Below, one piece after another: positions 25,623 to 38,955 of a DNA stretch of 64,000 bases (position 1 is its first letter; every line of letters begins with the position of its first letter). The DNA comes from Octopus sinensis. Lineage: Eukaryota. The stretch is from the NCBI RefSeq assembly GCF_006345805.1, contig NC_043016.1:3844001-3908000 (forward strand), read 5' to 3'. Under the pieces are notes generated by a model. The model had not been told where the DNA came from and searched no databases. It saw nothing but the letters and a program-made list of their open reading frames with translations. The position numbers were made by a program, and so were the translations under genes.

Positions 25623-26020
25623 CTTTTCTACTCTAGCCACAAGGCCCGAAATTTTGAGAGAGGAGGCCGGTCAATTATATCGACGCTAGTTCGCATCTGG
25701 TACTTAATTTATCGACCTTGAAAGGATGAAAGGCAAAGTCGATCTGGGCGGAATTTGAACTCAGAACGTAAAGACAGACGAAATACCTATTTCTTTACTA
25801 CCCACAAGGGGCTTAATACAGAGGGGACAAACAAGGACAGACAAACGGATTAAGTCGATTATATCAACCCCAGTGCGTAACTGGTACTTATTTAATCGAC
25901 CCCGAAAGGATGAAAGGCAAAGTCGAGTTCGGCGGAATTTGAACTCAGAACGTAACAACAGACGAAATACCGCAAAGCATTTCGCCCGGCGTGCTAACGT
26001 TTCTGCCAGCGTGCCGCCTT
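25623..26020 (-). mobile_element. Dimeric SINE family A
   Basis: Two bodies joined by the CCCACAAGGGGCT...GGACAAACAAGGACAGAC linker; head GGCGGCACGCTGGCAGAAACGTTAG on the minus strand. Confidence 0.9.
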
Positions 26021-26299
26021 CATAACTATTCATATCAACGTAGGACTTTGCATGTCTAAGTATCAATTAAAAACAGCTCAGATTCTTTTCTCGGAGCCAA
26101 AGTGTAGTGGTTTTCTATACTATTGTGTAATCATATGAATTTTATTGTAATACTACGGACAGGCTCATTACTCTTATGGCAGTAATGCACTACTAGTGGC
26201 AACGTATATGCTGCTATCAAAACCGTTAAAAATTTCTGATTGTATGAGCTGGGTGTGGTGGACAGCCGGGGATGGACAAGGGCGCGGGGGTGAGTGAAG

Positions 26300-26540
26300 T
26301 ATGATAATTTTAGTACGATAATTCTACTAAACGCAGAGTTAATGATTCTGGTCATGGTGCTAACAAAGAGGCTAGTAATTAACATTGGCAACATTGTGGT
26401 AAACCACAGACTTGTGCGATTCCTGACAGGTCTGTTCATAATAACATCATACTTACACAATGAAATATAGAGGAAGATGTTTGTAACTATATTTTTAGTT
26501 GGACTTTGATAAAATTTGATCAATCTAAAATCGTTGTCAA
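26300..26540 (+). pseudogene. Decayed Tx1/L1-like RT fragment
   Basis: Plus strand gives NFSTIILLNAELMILVMVLTKRL, QTCAIPDRSVHNNI and LIKFDQSK (cf. NFRPITLLN.D.KILAKVL, QTC..PGR.I.DN, LDQ.KAFD). Confidence 0.6.
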
Positions 26541-27906
26541 GTTGTAGGTCATTGCTATGCAGGGAAATCATTCTGCGAAATTTATTCACCGGAACAGCAA
26601 CTTATCGGCGATATTTCGAATCGTTTGAGAGTGCGCCGCATGCTTGGATACCTTGGATCGATGAGACAGCAACAGATGTCAGTCATTAAAAGTTAAAGTG
26701 CTTAGGTGTTAGTTTGATTTCTATCCATCCAGGCAATTAGAAACTTTTTACGAGCAAGAAAGCGTATCTCACTCGGGAATAGGATGAGAAAAAGAATGAT
26801 CAGATGAAAATAGAAAATAATATGATTGAAACATTTCAATGAATTTACTGCTTCTGAAAAGGTTATAATGAAAATTTAGGAGTCGTCAACAGAGTTTTTT
26901 TTCCCTATAATCACCTAATCTTTTAAAAGTGTAGCCAAGTCACCCTCAAGCATATATTCCCATTTCCTTTAGCTACCTCCCAAAAAGAGAACGTGGTTAG
27001 ACAATGTAGAATTAAATATCTTTTGGAATACTTTTAATCATAATTCCGTTTCATTAGATTTGACATAAGAATAAAAACAATATGGGCACGAAAAGCAGCA
27101 GTAGTAACAGCGACGCTGCCGCTGTTGACTTTGTTGACATATCCTCGGAAGATTGTAAGGTAAAGTTTATTTCATAAGAATTTAGACTTATAAAGAACGT
27201 AATTAAATACTGTAAGGCATTTGTTTGACATCCTGCTCTTCACTCCAATACATCACTTCCACCGATAGTATTTGATACAGATCGATTCTTCAGAGTCATG
27301 ATGAATATATTGAATCAAACTGCTAAAAATATCTGAGCTACTAAATCTTTCCCAGGTTTCATTCTTCCGACTTTCAAAGCAAAATGCAGGAAGCATTCAT
27401 TAGATAATCTAGCCCAAGCTAAACCATATTTGAATAAAAGACAGGATGGTATACGTTTTTCATTAAGTCTGATTGATCTTAGCTGACTGCCCCAGGGCTA
27501 GACAATAAATCTCGGTAACTGTAAATGGTAAAAGAACATCAATTAACAGCAATAAGTAGTGACAACAACTACAATAGTGATTAAACCAATTCCTGTAGCC
27601 AGTTCTGGTTCTGGAGATAGATTGAGAGTCAAAGAAAGAGGGAGATGGGGTGGAGAGAGGCGGAGGAGGAAGGGAGAGTTTACCGTTGCCCCCACTGAAA
27701 TGGTTTATTTATTTCCGTTTGAAACTAATTTACTTCAATTACATACCCTGATTGCCCAGCAGGAAAATATATATGACGTCATGACATCCCATTAACGACA
27801 GAAAGGCCTCATGCTTGTTCCGCCCGCAATAAATGAATAAATAATATAAATAATAAAATATAAAAAGAAAGAAAAGTATGCAACAATACTGCAATATATA
27901 TATATA

Positions 27907-28137
27907 TAGGGTATCTAAGAGATACCACCATGCTGGAAATAGCAGTCAAAACTTGACTCTAAAACCACATTATATGTTCATACAGCGCCAGGAGAGAAGA
28001 TCAGAGAAGATCCAGTAATTTTTTGCTTGTTTATTTTGTCTTTTTGTCTTCTCTCCTGGTGCTGTATGAACATTTAATGCGGTTTTAGAGTCAAATTTGC
28101 TGCTATTTCAGCGTGGAGGTACCTCTTAGATACCCTA
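27907..28137. repeat. Fold-back (inverted repeat) element between (TA)n tracts
   Basis: Arms ~27907-28000 and ~28047-28137 are imperfect reverse complements (TAGGGTATCTAAGAG...CTCTTAGATACCCTA). Confidence 0.9.
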
Positions 28138-28157
28138 AATTATAATTATATATAATA

Positions 28158-28211
<54 letters not shown>

Positions 28212-28412
28212 TATATATATAATATATATATATATATAATTCCAAGAGAGTTAGAGGTTGTAAATCCAACCAACTAAGGGATAATATCTATCCAATATAC
28301 TGCTGGTAGAATACCCAATTATTAATACACAAGTGTTTTTTCACTGCATGGCAATTACATTACCGAGTGTAATAAATGGGTGAGGGTAAAAAGTTGTTTT
28401 ACTCTTAATTTA

Positions 28413-28695
28413 TACAGCAATAAGAAAATGGAGGGGATGAAGAGGTGGTATTCATCAACTTTTAGACATATGTTTATTTATTAATTTATTTTTATAATGA
28501 CAATTATAACAATATACATACATGTATAACATATTATGCTTTACATATATAAAATATAAAAATACCAGTAATTATTAAACTATATAACGTAGAGTATAGA
28601 AAGTAGGATACATATGCATATACATTTTAATATATGTATATGTATTTATATACATTTATGTATGTGTGTATATGTAAACGTATGTATATATATAT

Positions 28696-28729
<34 letters not shown>

Positions 28730-29098
28730 GTATTTATATTTATAACTTAATCTTATGAACTTTCTAACCTCTCTGACGAAGCCCAGAGACACACCCAAGT
28801 ACCTTAATCTTATCTACCAAATACTTCAGTCTACTGGAGGGATAAAAGTAGAATGGGGTACTATGGCCTCTTGGCTGAAACAGCTGTAAGATATTATCTT
28901 ACTTTCTATGCTCTAAGTTATATATTTTAATAATTACTGGTATTTTTAGATTTTATATATTATATATGTAAATCATATGTTATACATGTATGTATATTGT
29001 TATAATTGTCTTTTAAAAAATAAATAAGTTGACATAATATAATGTCTAAAAGTTTATGAATACCACATCTTGATCCCCTCCATTTTCCTGTTGCTGTA
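28413..29098. repeat. Inverted repeat (arms 28413-28610 and 28895-29098) enclosing (TA)n and a hammerhead
   Basis: TACAGCAA..AAAATGGAGGGGAT / ATCCCCTCCATTTT..TTGCTGTA; AATACCAGTAATTATTAAA / TTTAATAATTACTGGTATT. Confidence 0.85.
28770..28891 (+). ncRNA. Type I hammerhead ribozyme with long stem II
   Basis: TCT-CTGACGA(28773)-AGCCCAGAG...CTCTTGGCT-GAAAC AGCT GTA(28888)-AGA; inner pairing GTACC/GGTAC. Confidence 0.8.
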
Positions 29099-29308
29099 CA
29101 CACAACCCCGCCCCCACACACATATATATATGCATTCTTCTCTGTAAATTTTAGAACGTAATATTTATTGATCCACACTTATGTGCTCCTGTAAATACAT
29201 ACATTTAAATCTGTATATGTTCTTACGCATATGTACTTTGGTGTGTGAGGGAAGTGTATGTATATATGTATGCATATATATGTATGTTTATATATGCGTG
29301 TGTGTGTA

Positions 29309-29379
<71 letters not shown>

Positions 29380-30279
29380 ATAAAATTAATGTACGATATA
29401 TAGATTAAACTAATCCAGTGGTACTCACAAGAAAGCTCTTTAGTGGATCAAGCTGAAACCACATAGGAACCAAATCAAAGGGGGTGTAGTGTGCAGTCCA
29501 ATGCAGTTGAAATCCAATAAATTCAATTATTAATAATCATTTCATTAGGAGTGTTTGAAATATAAAGAAAGATCGGATATACGAGTTGAATATGCTTATT
29601 TATTTCACTAGTTGATATCAATATGATTATGATTGTTTCCTAGCCATCATAATAGAAAAATAATTTATTTTATTGTATAATAAATTATCTTACATATTTG
29701 TATTAGCGTATATGTAATAAATTATATAGCACTAGTGTACAATTTAAAAGATGAAGAAAGCTTTCTCACATCCATTTATCAACTCAGTTTTTACGTACAA
29801 AAGCAGAAAGTCATCGTCGAAATAACTATGTATGGAAGACAACAATTAATAAAGAATAAAACCTTTTTTATAGAAAGGAGGAGGGGGATTTAGTAAGGTT
29901 TGTGGTGGTGGAAGGGAAGATTTCATATAAAATGAAATAGAGGTATGGTCATATATTTTACGTTAGTAATTTAGAAGTAAAATCAAGAGAAACAAAATGA
30001 AGGTAAAAAGAAATTAGGATGAGAAAAAGAAAGGCCGGGTAATAATATTATTATGGCAGATGGTAGAATATTAAACTATATATAAGATAAATAAATAGGA
30101 ATAATAATAGAATGTATTAGTCAAGATAGTGATTAGGATAACGTTATTAATGGTATAAGACAGCTCGATAAATAGAAATTTAGGTATTTATAGATAATTC
30201 ATAATTATTGTTAGTATCGGAGTACGGTTAAGATTTAAAAGGTCACTATACGCTAGATCACTCCTCCGCAACGGTTATC

Positions 30280-30315
<36 letters not shown>

Positions 30316-30318
30316 TAA

Positions 30319-30391
<73 letters not shown>

Positions 30392-30922
30392 TGGCTCTCA
30401 TGGCTTCTGATCTTAACTGATTGGAAGTGTTATCATGTACATTGTTTTGTCTTGGTATAAAAGATGGGCTACAGCAATATTCTGCTCAATACCACAGATT
30501 TGCTTGTCAGTTGTTTGACCTTAACAGTTGAGCATGTCCCTTAGTGGCTGACGATATGTGCATCTCTGATCACGAGCAGAAGTAGTGGGGGAGCATCATA
30601 GCCATGTGTTGAGAGGGATTCTTTGGGGTTTGAATAATTCACCTCTGGAAACATGGGTGGTTCTTTCAACATCCTTAAACAACCCTTATTCAGGGACCTT
30701 TTGAGCGGGATGGGCTACTCAACCTGAAGAAAATTCTAACTGGGCCCCACCTGCAAGGTCATGTGTGCTGTTTATCTTGATATGAGATCACCATGTCGCG
30801 CACATATGGTTGTGATGCATGTGCCTGGTGTACCTTTATCAGACGGGTAGTCATGATGGGTATATGGGCTTCGTATATTTTACCCAGTGTCACTTTGATG
30901 GCATGAAATGCTCTCTCACTCA
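30392..30922 (-). mobile_element. ~520-bp AAT-associated interspersed element
   Basis: Reverse complement of 17173-17702; (AAT)n on both sides. Confidence 0.9.
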
Positions 30923-30956
30923 ATAATAATAATAATAATAATAATAATAAACATTG

Positions 30957-31325
30957 TGGCTGTGTGGTAAGTAGCTTGCTAACCAACCTCATGGTTCCGG
31001 TTCAGTCCCACTGCGTGGCATCTTGGGCAAGTGTCTTCTGCTATAGCCCCGGGCCGACCAATGCCTTGTGAGTGGATTTGGTAGACGGAAACTGAAAGAA
31101 GCCTGTCGTATTGTATGTGTGTTGTTGTGTGTCTGTGTTGGTCCCCTCAGCATTGTTGACAACCGATGCTGGTGTGTTTACGTCCCCGTCACTTAGCGGT
31201 TCCGCAAAAAGAGACCGATAGAATAAGTACTGGGCTTACAAAGAATAAGTCCCGGGGTCGATTTGCTCGACTAAAGGCGGTGCTCCAGCATGGCCGCAGT
31301 CAAATGACTGAAACAAGTAAAACAG
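30957..31325 (+). mobile_element. tRNA-derived CORE-like SINE family B
   Basis: GGCTGTGTGGTAAGTAGC...GGTTCAGTCCC (A/B boxes), GGCATCTTGGGCAAGTGTC, 3' end CCAGCATGGCCGCAGTCAAATGACTGAAACAAGTAAAA. Confidence 0.88.
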
Positions 31326-31909
31326 AAAGAGAGAAAGAGTGTACAGTGCTCAGGTGCACTACAACTCATCTAAAGTGTATGTATAGTACATACACTCTAT
31401 GTACAAGCATCAGGAAAAGAACAATGCACGAGTCATGACATACACATGTGTGTATGAGTATGCCTTTTCATTATAAAATGCATCTACTTCTATAAATCTT
31501 TTCATGTTACGCTACATCTTCCGTCTGGTCGTATATATTTCTGATGATTTTGTTTTATTTCATTGTTAATACTGTATAATTTTATTGTTTTTTTATCACT
31601 TTAGATTTCGCCCCCCACCCATTTTTTTTGTTTTTGTTTTAGGCTCCTTAACCGTCAAAATATTTCATTTATCTTAGCAACGTTTAACTTGCTTTTTACA
31701 TTTAGCCACCCACGTTCAAACCAGTTTATAACTGCTTATTTGATTTCATTTTTCCTCTCTCATTTTCCCATTCAACTTATGTATCCTATCCATTGCAATT
31801 TGTCCTGGCCGTTTCTAATCGTTTCCTTTTGCTTCTAGAAAATTCTACCACGTCATTTGTAATTCTGTCCTTATATTCTACATACTTTTCATATCTATCT
31901 ATCTGTCTG

Positions 31910-31972
<63 letters not shown>

Positions 31973-33037
31973 GTCTGTCTGTCTGTCTGCCAGTCTGCCT
32001 GTCTGTCTGTCTGTCTGCTTGCTTACCTACCTACCTACCTACCTACCTACTTACCTGCCTGTCTGCCTGCTTGCTTGTCCCCTCTGTCTTTCTGTCTGTC
32101 TATCTGTTTATCTACCTAATATGTGTGTGGTGCGTTTTCAACGGTGGAACCTGCACTGAAAAATCATGTTCGGTCTATTTGTTCAATTAACATGTATCGC
32201 TTTCACTTGCTCGTATATTAAAACATCTTATTATTGATTTCTAATTCATGTATATGTAAATGCCATCTGTACTTAAAAAAAAATATATATATATATACAC
32301 ACACACACACGCTAACATTAGTGTAGAACAGAATTCATACAGTAGGTATTTTAATATATTCTTGTAATCGTATTGTTTCGCAAACAGAAACTGAAAGCGA
32401 ATGAAAACAGGTGAGAAAGAAAACAGACAGAAAAAGAAAGAGATAGAATGAGGTAAAGGGAGAGAGAGAGAGAGAGAGAGTGAGAGGGAGTGAGTGAGAG
32501 AGAGAGAGAGAGAGAGTGAGAGAGAAAGAGATAGCGGGGGGGGGACGAGAAAGTGAGATAGCGAAAAAAAAATAGAGAAAGGAATAGGTGGGAGATAAGA
32601 ATGATAGGGCAGAAGTATAGCTAAGTGTGTATCTTCAGAACTTATGCAGTGTTTTAATTTGAGGATTTCTCCTGTTAACAAAATCTTTTTATTCCCCTAC
32701 CACTACACTTTTCATATTGATAATTTTAAAAACCTTTTCCTTCCCCTGCTCCAGTGTTTGTGTTATTTGCTCGTATGAATTATTTGCTAATATCCAGGAA
32801 GATGCCACTTATGTTTCACTTTCTTCCGTCTTTCTTATAATCTTTAAACATTTGATTTCACAGACCAGCAGTTTTATTTCACTTCTCTCTGACCCAAATG
32901 CTGATTATATATATAGAGCCAAGTTTAAGCAACCCTTTCTTTTATCGTTTTCGTCGTTTTAATTCAACTGCAGACGATTACAAAAAACAGTGGATGCACG
33001 TTTAACTCTTTCATGCAAGAAGTACCCTACCTTATAA

Positions 33038-33610
33038 TCCTTTCTACTCTAGGCACACGCCCTGAAATTTTTGGGGAAAGGACAAGTCGATTAAATCGAT
33101 CCCAGTACACAAGTGGTACTTAATTTATCGACCCCGAAAGAATGAAAGGCAAAGTTGACCTCGGCGGAATTTGAACTCAGAACGCAGCGGCAGATGAAAT
33201 ACCGCTAAGCATTTCGCCCGGCGTGCTAACGATTCTGCCAGCTCGCCGTCTTAATGCCGTACCTTATAATCTTTTCTACTCTAGGCACAAGGCCCGAAAT
33301 TTTGAGGGAGGGGGCCAGTCGATTAGATCGACCCCAGTACGCAACTGGTGCTCAATTTATCGAACCCCGAAAGGATGAACGTAAAGACAGACGAAATACC
33401 TATTTCTTTACTACCCACAAGGAGCTAAACATTGAGGGGACAAACAAGGACAGACAAACAGATTAAGTCGATTACATTGACTCCAGTGTGTAAGTGGTAC
33501 ATATTTTATCTACCCCGAAAGGATGAAAGGCAAAGTCGACCTCGGCGGGATTTGAACTGAGAACGTAGCGGCAGACGAAATACCGCTAAGCATTTCGCCC
33601 GGCGTGCTAA
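33038..33610 (-). mobile_element. Two adjacent SINE family A copies (monomer plus dimer)
   Basis: Same body and head as 25623-26020. TACCTTATAAT recurs at the junctions (~33028, 33260, 33617), possibly as TSDs. Confidence 0.88.
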
Positions 33611-34762
33611 GTACTGTACCTTATAATGAATAAACAAACATGAATTCAAATGCATTTCATTTTTCAAGGACATGATTTAGGGCTCGATGTCATAGCGTGA
33701 TATGTTGCACAAAGTTTGCTTTCTACTTTATCTTCATTGTAAGGGAAGTTCAGTTGACTGAGATGCTGTATTTTTATATCACCTGTGGATTGCAGAATCT
33801 GTCGGTCGAATAACGATGCTTCGTGGTATTTGGTTCCATTCCGGGTGTCTTCCCGGTCGAATTTGCTCTTCTTCTTTCATGTGACAAATTGTTATTAGAC
33901 AACGTCTATAAAATCCCTGAATGGAGTGGGGGTGCGCGCGCACCCACACACACAACCACACATACACACATACGTTCATATATGTACATACACACACGAA
34001 ACCATAGCCCCATCTAGAATGGAAAGGCTGCGGAATTCCTTGGCGTTCTTCTCACTCTGTTTACTAGGAAACACTCATCTCTTTTTGCATTCTTCTTTAC
34101 AAATGTTGGTTATATTAACGATTTACAGATCTTCGAACGCCGATGGAACCTACTATTTACATTTTATATTTCGTTCACCAAATTTGTAATACGTGATTCT
34201 CTTAATAGCATGCACGCATTGCGAAAGTGTTTTGGTGTGTTTTCATTTCTTCATTTTGGTTTTAGTGACACAGCCAACCCCTTTATCATAGGGGAATCTC
34301 TTGGCCTTAGTTTACTTCCACTGATTTAGAAAGAATGGCCATTATTAGAGTTTTTGGTTTATTTGAAGAGCTTTGTCACTACTTGTCATACTAATCTATT
34401 GCCTGTTGGTACAAATACTTCGGTTGACAGTTTCTTATTCAGTTTACTCGAAGCAGACTTTAAGTACATTCGACAATATAGACCTAGATACACAGAGCCG
34501 AAAAGAAGGACGTGAAGGTCACCACTGGAACGGATTTGATCATAGTCAGAACTAAGATGGGGTTAAACAACAAACTAGATTTTGTTTCCTTATTACACAT
34601 TTTGTTAAATTTTGGTTTCCTTGTATTTTTATCTACCTTTACATCATGTGTTTGTATATGTGTGGGTGTGTACTCGTGTGTATAGACGTGTGGTATAATT
34701 GACTATCACCATCAAAACATTTTAGTATAACAATAAAATTCGTAATTCCGCATCACACCACC

Positions 34763-34821
34763 TGTTTTGCGTGGAAGAGAATACCCCATTCGTTTTGCGT
34801 GGAAGAGAATACCCCATTCGT
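34763..34821. repeat. ~29-bp tandem duplication
   Basis: GTTTTGCGTGGAAGAGAATACCCCATTC twice. Confidence 0.9.
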
Positions 34822-35619
34822 ATATAAGTTACTGTTATCATGTCAACTGGGATCACAATTTCCATCGTCTTCTGTATGTGGGACTCAGCATACAGATGTG
34901 TTTGTCTGTGTCTGCTCTCTATTGATAAGTGTGTCTGTCCGATGTGACGAATCTCTAAGTAACCCTTTTTTAACAAGCATATGGACATGATCACAAATAT
35001 TTCCAACCAGTGAAAAATTATCTGCCTTTTCCTGCATTTTGCTCACTAATTCTGTTTTACCCGCCCTCACCGTTCTTCTTTCTCTCTCTTCATCTAAACA
35101 CACACACATAAACACACACATATGTATGTATATATCTATGTCTGCGTGTCTTTGTGACTCTGTCACCTCCCCCACATCTTGACAATCGGTGTTGGTGTGA
35201 CTAACATATGTTTCTACTGCAACAACTGCACATTGCTCTGTATGCAATTATGCATATTAGTCACTGCAATTTTATCAAAAGTCTATCGCGACATTTTCGA
35301 TAGCGTTATTTTTCAAAATCGAATTGAATTCTGGTGTTATAATCACCTCTACTGGTCTTACAGTTGAATCATGGTTTTAAATTGTTTATTATATTACATT
35401 TAATTGTTGCAATTTTGTTTACATTTTTGTTGTACGGAGAACATTATTTAATTCAGAGGTATTTCTTTTATCGTGGTATTATATCCTCTATTAATATCAT
35501 TGTTATTATAACTATAATTATATTTATTAGTATTTTTTTGCATAAATATCATTAATTATGAGAATTATTATCTTAACTAGTATAATTACTATAGATGGTA
35601 AGTTATGTTTATTTAAGTC

Positions 35620-36030
35620 ATTTAAACGTATATTTTGTCCAGCGTAGACATCTCAGTCTGTTCCTGTCTAGTGTTTATAAGAGTAAATTTAAAAGTGAAT
35701 ATTTTGGTACATTTCCTCCACACAAGAGTCACATCTATTATCGCCTATTTTATAAGCTTTTGCTCGACTAATTATTTCTCAAGAATTCGAAAATACTTTG
35801 TTACTATCTTTAAGTGCCCAAATTATCCTACTAAGGCTGGTAGTATTCATCTTATTCCTATTTCTAAACGAACTTAAATGATTGGCAAATCTCTGCTTAA
35901 TATTACATGAGCTAGCTCCTATACAGAAGTACTCACTATTCTCTGAGGTAACCTTACATCTATATACGATGTTTTTATACCTACAATTAGAGTTAAACAG
36001 ACATACCTTGTTCCTTACACAATTTCTATT
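35620..36030 (-). pseudogene. Penelope-like GIY-YIG endonuclease remnant
   Basis: C.RNKVCLFNSNCRYKNIVYRCKVT...FCIGASS.NIKQRFANHLSSFRN...TSLSRIIWALK, followed by CDSCVEE-like and LINTRQE-like motifs. Confidence 0.8.
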
Positions 36031-37394
36031 AATATTATCCGCTTCACCTTCTGTAGATGTGGTTTCTATATTCTCCTGTCTATCTTCTAAGCTATCTTCT
36101 TGCACATCGACAGCATTCTGAGTACTGCGCCTTTTAAGATTCGCATCTACTTCCAGGTTAATGGGGAAGTTCGCTCGGGTTTCTTCTATTTTATTTGTTG
36201 TCAAACCATAGTTCCTAACGTGATACGTAGTTGTATTACGTATACATATGTATATATATTATGCACATACATATACACATATCTCATAGGCATACACATA
36301 TTTTAATTTCTTTTTATGCCCCATGACTTAGCAATTCATTAAACAGGATTTAAAAAAATAAGTAAAATAAGTAGTGGAGATCGATTAGACCCTTCAAGGC
36401 AGTATTCCCTCTTTGACCCAATGAATGAAATCAGTAAAACACTAAAAGAGTAAGTGTTTGTGCGTGTTTGTATGTGTGTGAGTAAGTATGTGTACATGCG
36501 CGCGCGCGTTTATATCTCCATGCATATTGTATATACAACCTAAACAAGTTTAGGAGTGCTTTAATACAGAGATACGTGCACTATATCAGTGTTTGTTAGC
36601 GAGTGATTTGAGGAGGAAGTGAGGGAGAAAATGCAATGTGCGTGAGTGCGTTTGTGCGTGTATGTGTGTATGTATATGTGAGTGAGTGTGCAAATGCGTT
36701 TGTATGAACGTCAGTGTTTTATATTCGTGCATATAGGGGAAGGGATAAATATATTAAAAACAAAATACGTGTCTTGACATGTTGACACTTGTCCCAAAAC
36801 GCTCTAAATCCTTCTTGTCTTTTACGTTTATGTTAACCCTACTTTAGCTGAGCGACAGTCTTATTAATTTCTAACAGACGCACCTTATTTTAGACTGGTG
36901 GTGGTTATAGTCGACTATGCTGAATGCAGCACTTGACTGGTACTTAATTTGAGCGATTACAGGAGAATGATGGGCAAAGCTGATTTCGCCGGATTTGAAC
37001 TTAAATATCGCCAAATATTTTGTTCAATATTTAACTGATTCTATCAAGAGCTAGCTGTTTCCTCTCTGCATTATGCAGACGCAATGCGAGGGGGAACACC
37101 ATTGGAGAACAGACAAATTTTTCATGATCTTTCATCGATATTTAAGAATCAATTCCAGCGATAATAATTGCGCGCGCGTGTGTGTGTGTGTGTGTGTGTT
37201 ACCCCTGTTTTTATTGGCACCATTAAAAGAAAAGAGACAGCTTCTGTGGTTATCATTGCAAAACATTCAAGCTCTGATGGAAGAGAAGAAAAATTAACGA
37301 GTCAAAGATTAGCTATTAACTATTACTTTGATCTCTTAACATTTTTAGCGTAAGACACGAATACATAATACACACATACATGCATGCATACACA

Positions 37395-37550
37395 CACACA
37401 TATATACTACGGCTTCTTTTAGTTTCCATCTACTAAATCCACTCACAAGATTTTGGTCGGCCCGAGGGTACAGTAGAAACACTTGCCCAAGGTACCACTC
37501 AGTGGGACTGAACTCGGAACCATGTGTTGAGAAGCAAGCTTCTTACTACA
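37395..37550 (-). mobile_element. SINE family B 5' half
   Basis: Matches 11680-11830. Confidence 0.75.
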
Positions 37551-38034
37551 TATTATGAAAGTTATCAATCGCAAAGTAAGATTTCTTTCTTTTCATCGGT
37601 TTGCACAAGGGAAAGTGTTATGCTTGTAGTCTTCACAGGCTCTTTGAGACGAATGAGAGTGATGAACATTTTGGAAAGCAATGCCTGATAAAAAAAAGAA
37701 AAAACATGCAGAGGGTTCAACGTTCTAACAATGAAGGAATGAATATAATGGTTCGGCCGAGTCACGTAGATTTGGATACGATATACGTGATGAAGAAACA
37801 TTTTACTCAGAAGAGACGGCACGAAACTGGCCTGTCTCAAAGAGAGTAACAATAAAGTTTTGATGTTGAAGTGAAAGGTTAGGAATTTGTATTTAGTACC
37901 GAGAAGGAAATTAGAAGATGGTAAGCTTTCTGGGTTTACAGAGAAAATCAGTTTTTGCTAGGGTAAGATTATGCCCTCACTATGAGAAAGCCTCAGAGAT
38001 GGAAAGAGAGAAAAGGAGAAAGAGAGGGAAAGAG

Positions 38035-38076
<42 letters not shown>

Positions 38077-38555
38077 GTTTGTTCTGAAGGACGAACTCTC
38101 AGTCCTTTACTGGTTCTATTTCATTGAAATAAACCAAACTTAGTGGACTATTTGCTGGGTTTCAAGGAGGCAAAAGAGTTCATGGCATTTTCTGGCCATT
38201 CCAGATTGTTGAGATTGATGTCATTCATGCACCCAGATCCAAGGAATTGAGGCCATTAAATTAGCATCAGAAAAGGCAGAAAAAAGAGGGAGCTCAGATG
38301 TGGGCCAGGAACTTGAACGTCTCTGTGACTTTATGGTAATCAGTTGGATGGCCCTTTTCGGAATGTGATCTAAGATGTTTGCGTGTTCATCACCAGTACC
38401 ATCACAGATGTGAGAGCAGCTTGAACTTATAACATTGAAGCTTCAGCTACGCATGCCGACGACATATCTATCAGATTTAAACTTTGTACCAATGTTAGAT
38501 ATGAATATTAACATATCGTTTTGGGGATGGCGGAGTGAAAGATATACTTTAGCTT

Positions 38556-38647
38556 GTATTATTATTATTATTATAACTATCATTATTATTATCATCACTA
38601 TTGTTGTTGTTGTTTTTATTATTATTATTATTATTATTATATTATTA

Positions 38648-38701
<54 letters not shown>

Positions 38702-38915
38702 CATCATTATCATCATTATCATCACCATCATCATCATCATTATCATCATCATCATCATCATCATCATTATTGCTGTTGTTGTTGTTGATGATATTTATTT
38801 TCACATTAATTTTCCCACAGAGCTCATAAACAAAGGTTATCTCTGCATTTTGCCTCTCCGAATTTGTTGTTATTGCTGTTGTTGTTGTCATCGTTGTTGT
38901 TGTTGTTGCTGTTGC

Positions 38916-38948
<33 letters not shown>

Positions 38949-38955
38949 TGGTGGG
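38556..38955. repeat. Compound trinucleotide microsatellite (ATT/ATC/GTT/GGT)
   Basis: Seen directly. Confidence 0.9.

Noticed and set aside
27250-27296. Minus-strand CTGAAGA-ATCGAT...ATCGGT-GGAAG hammerhead-like string
   Set aside because: Lacks GAAA, stem III and stem I; could be chance.
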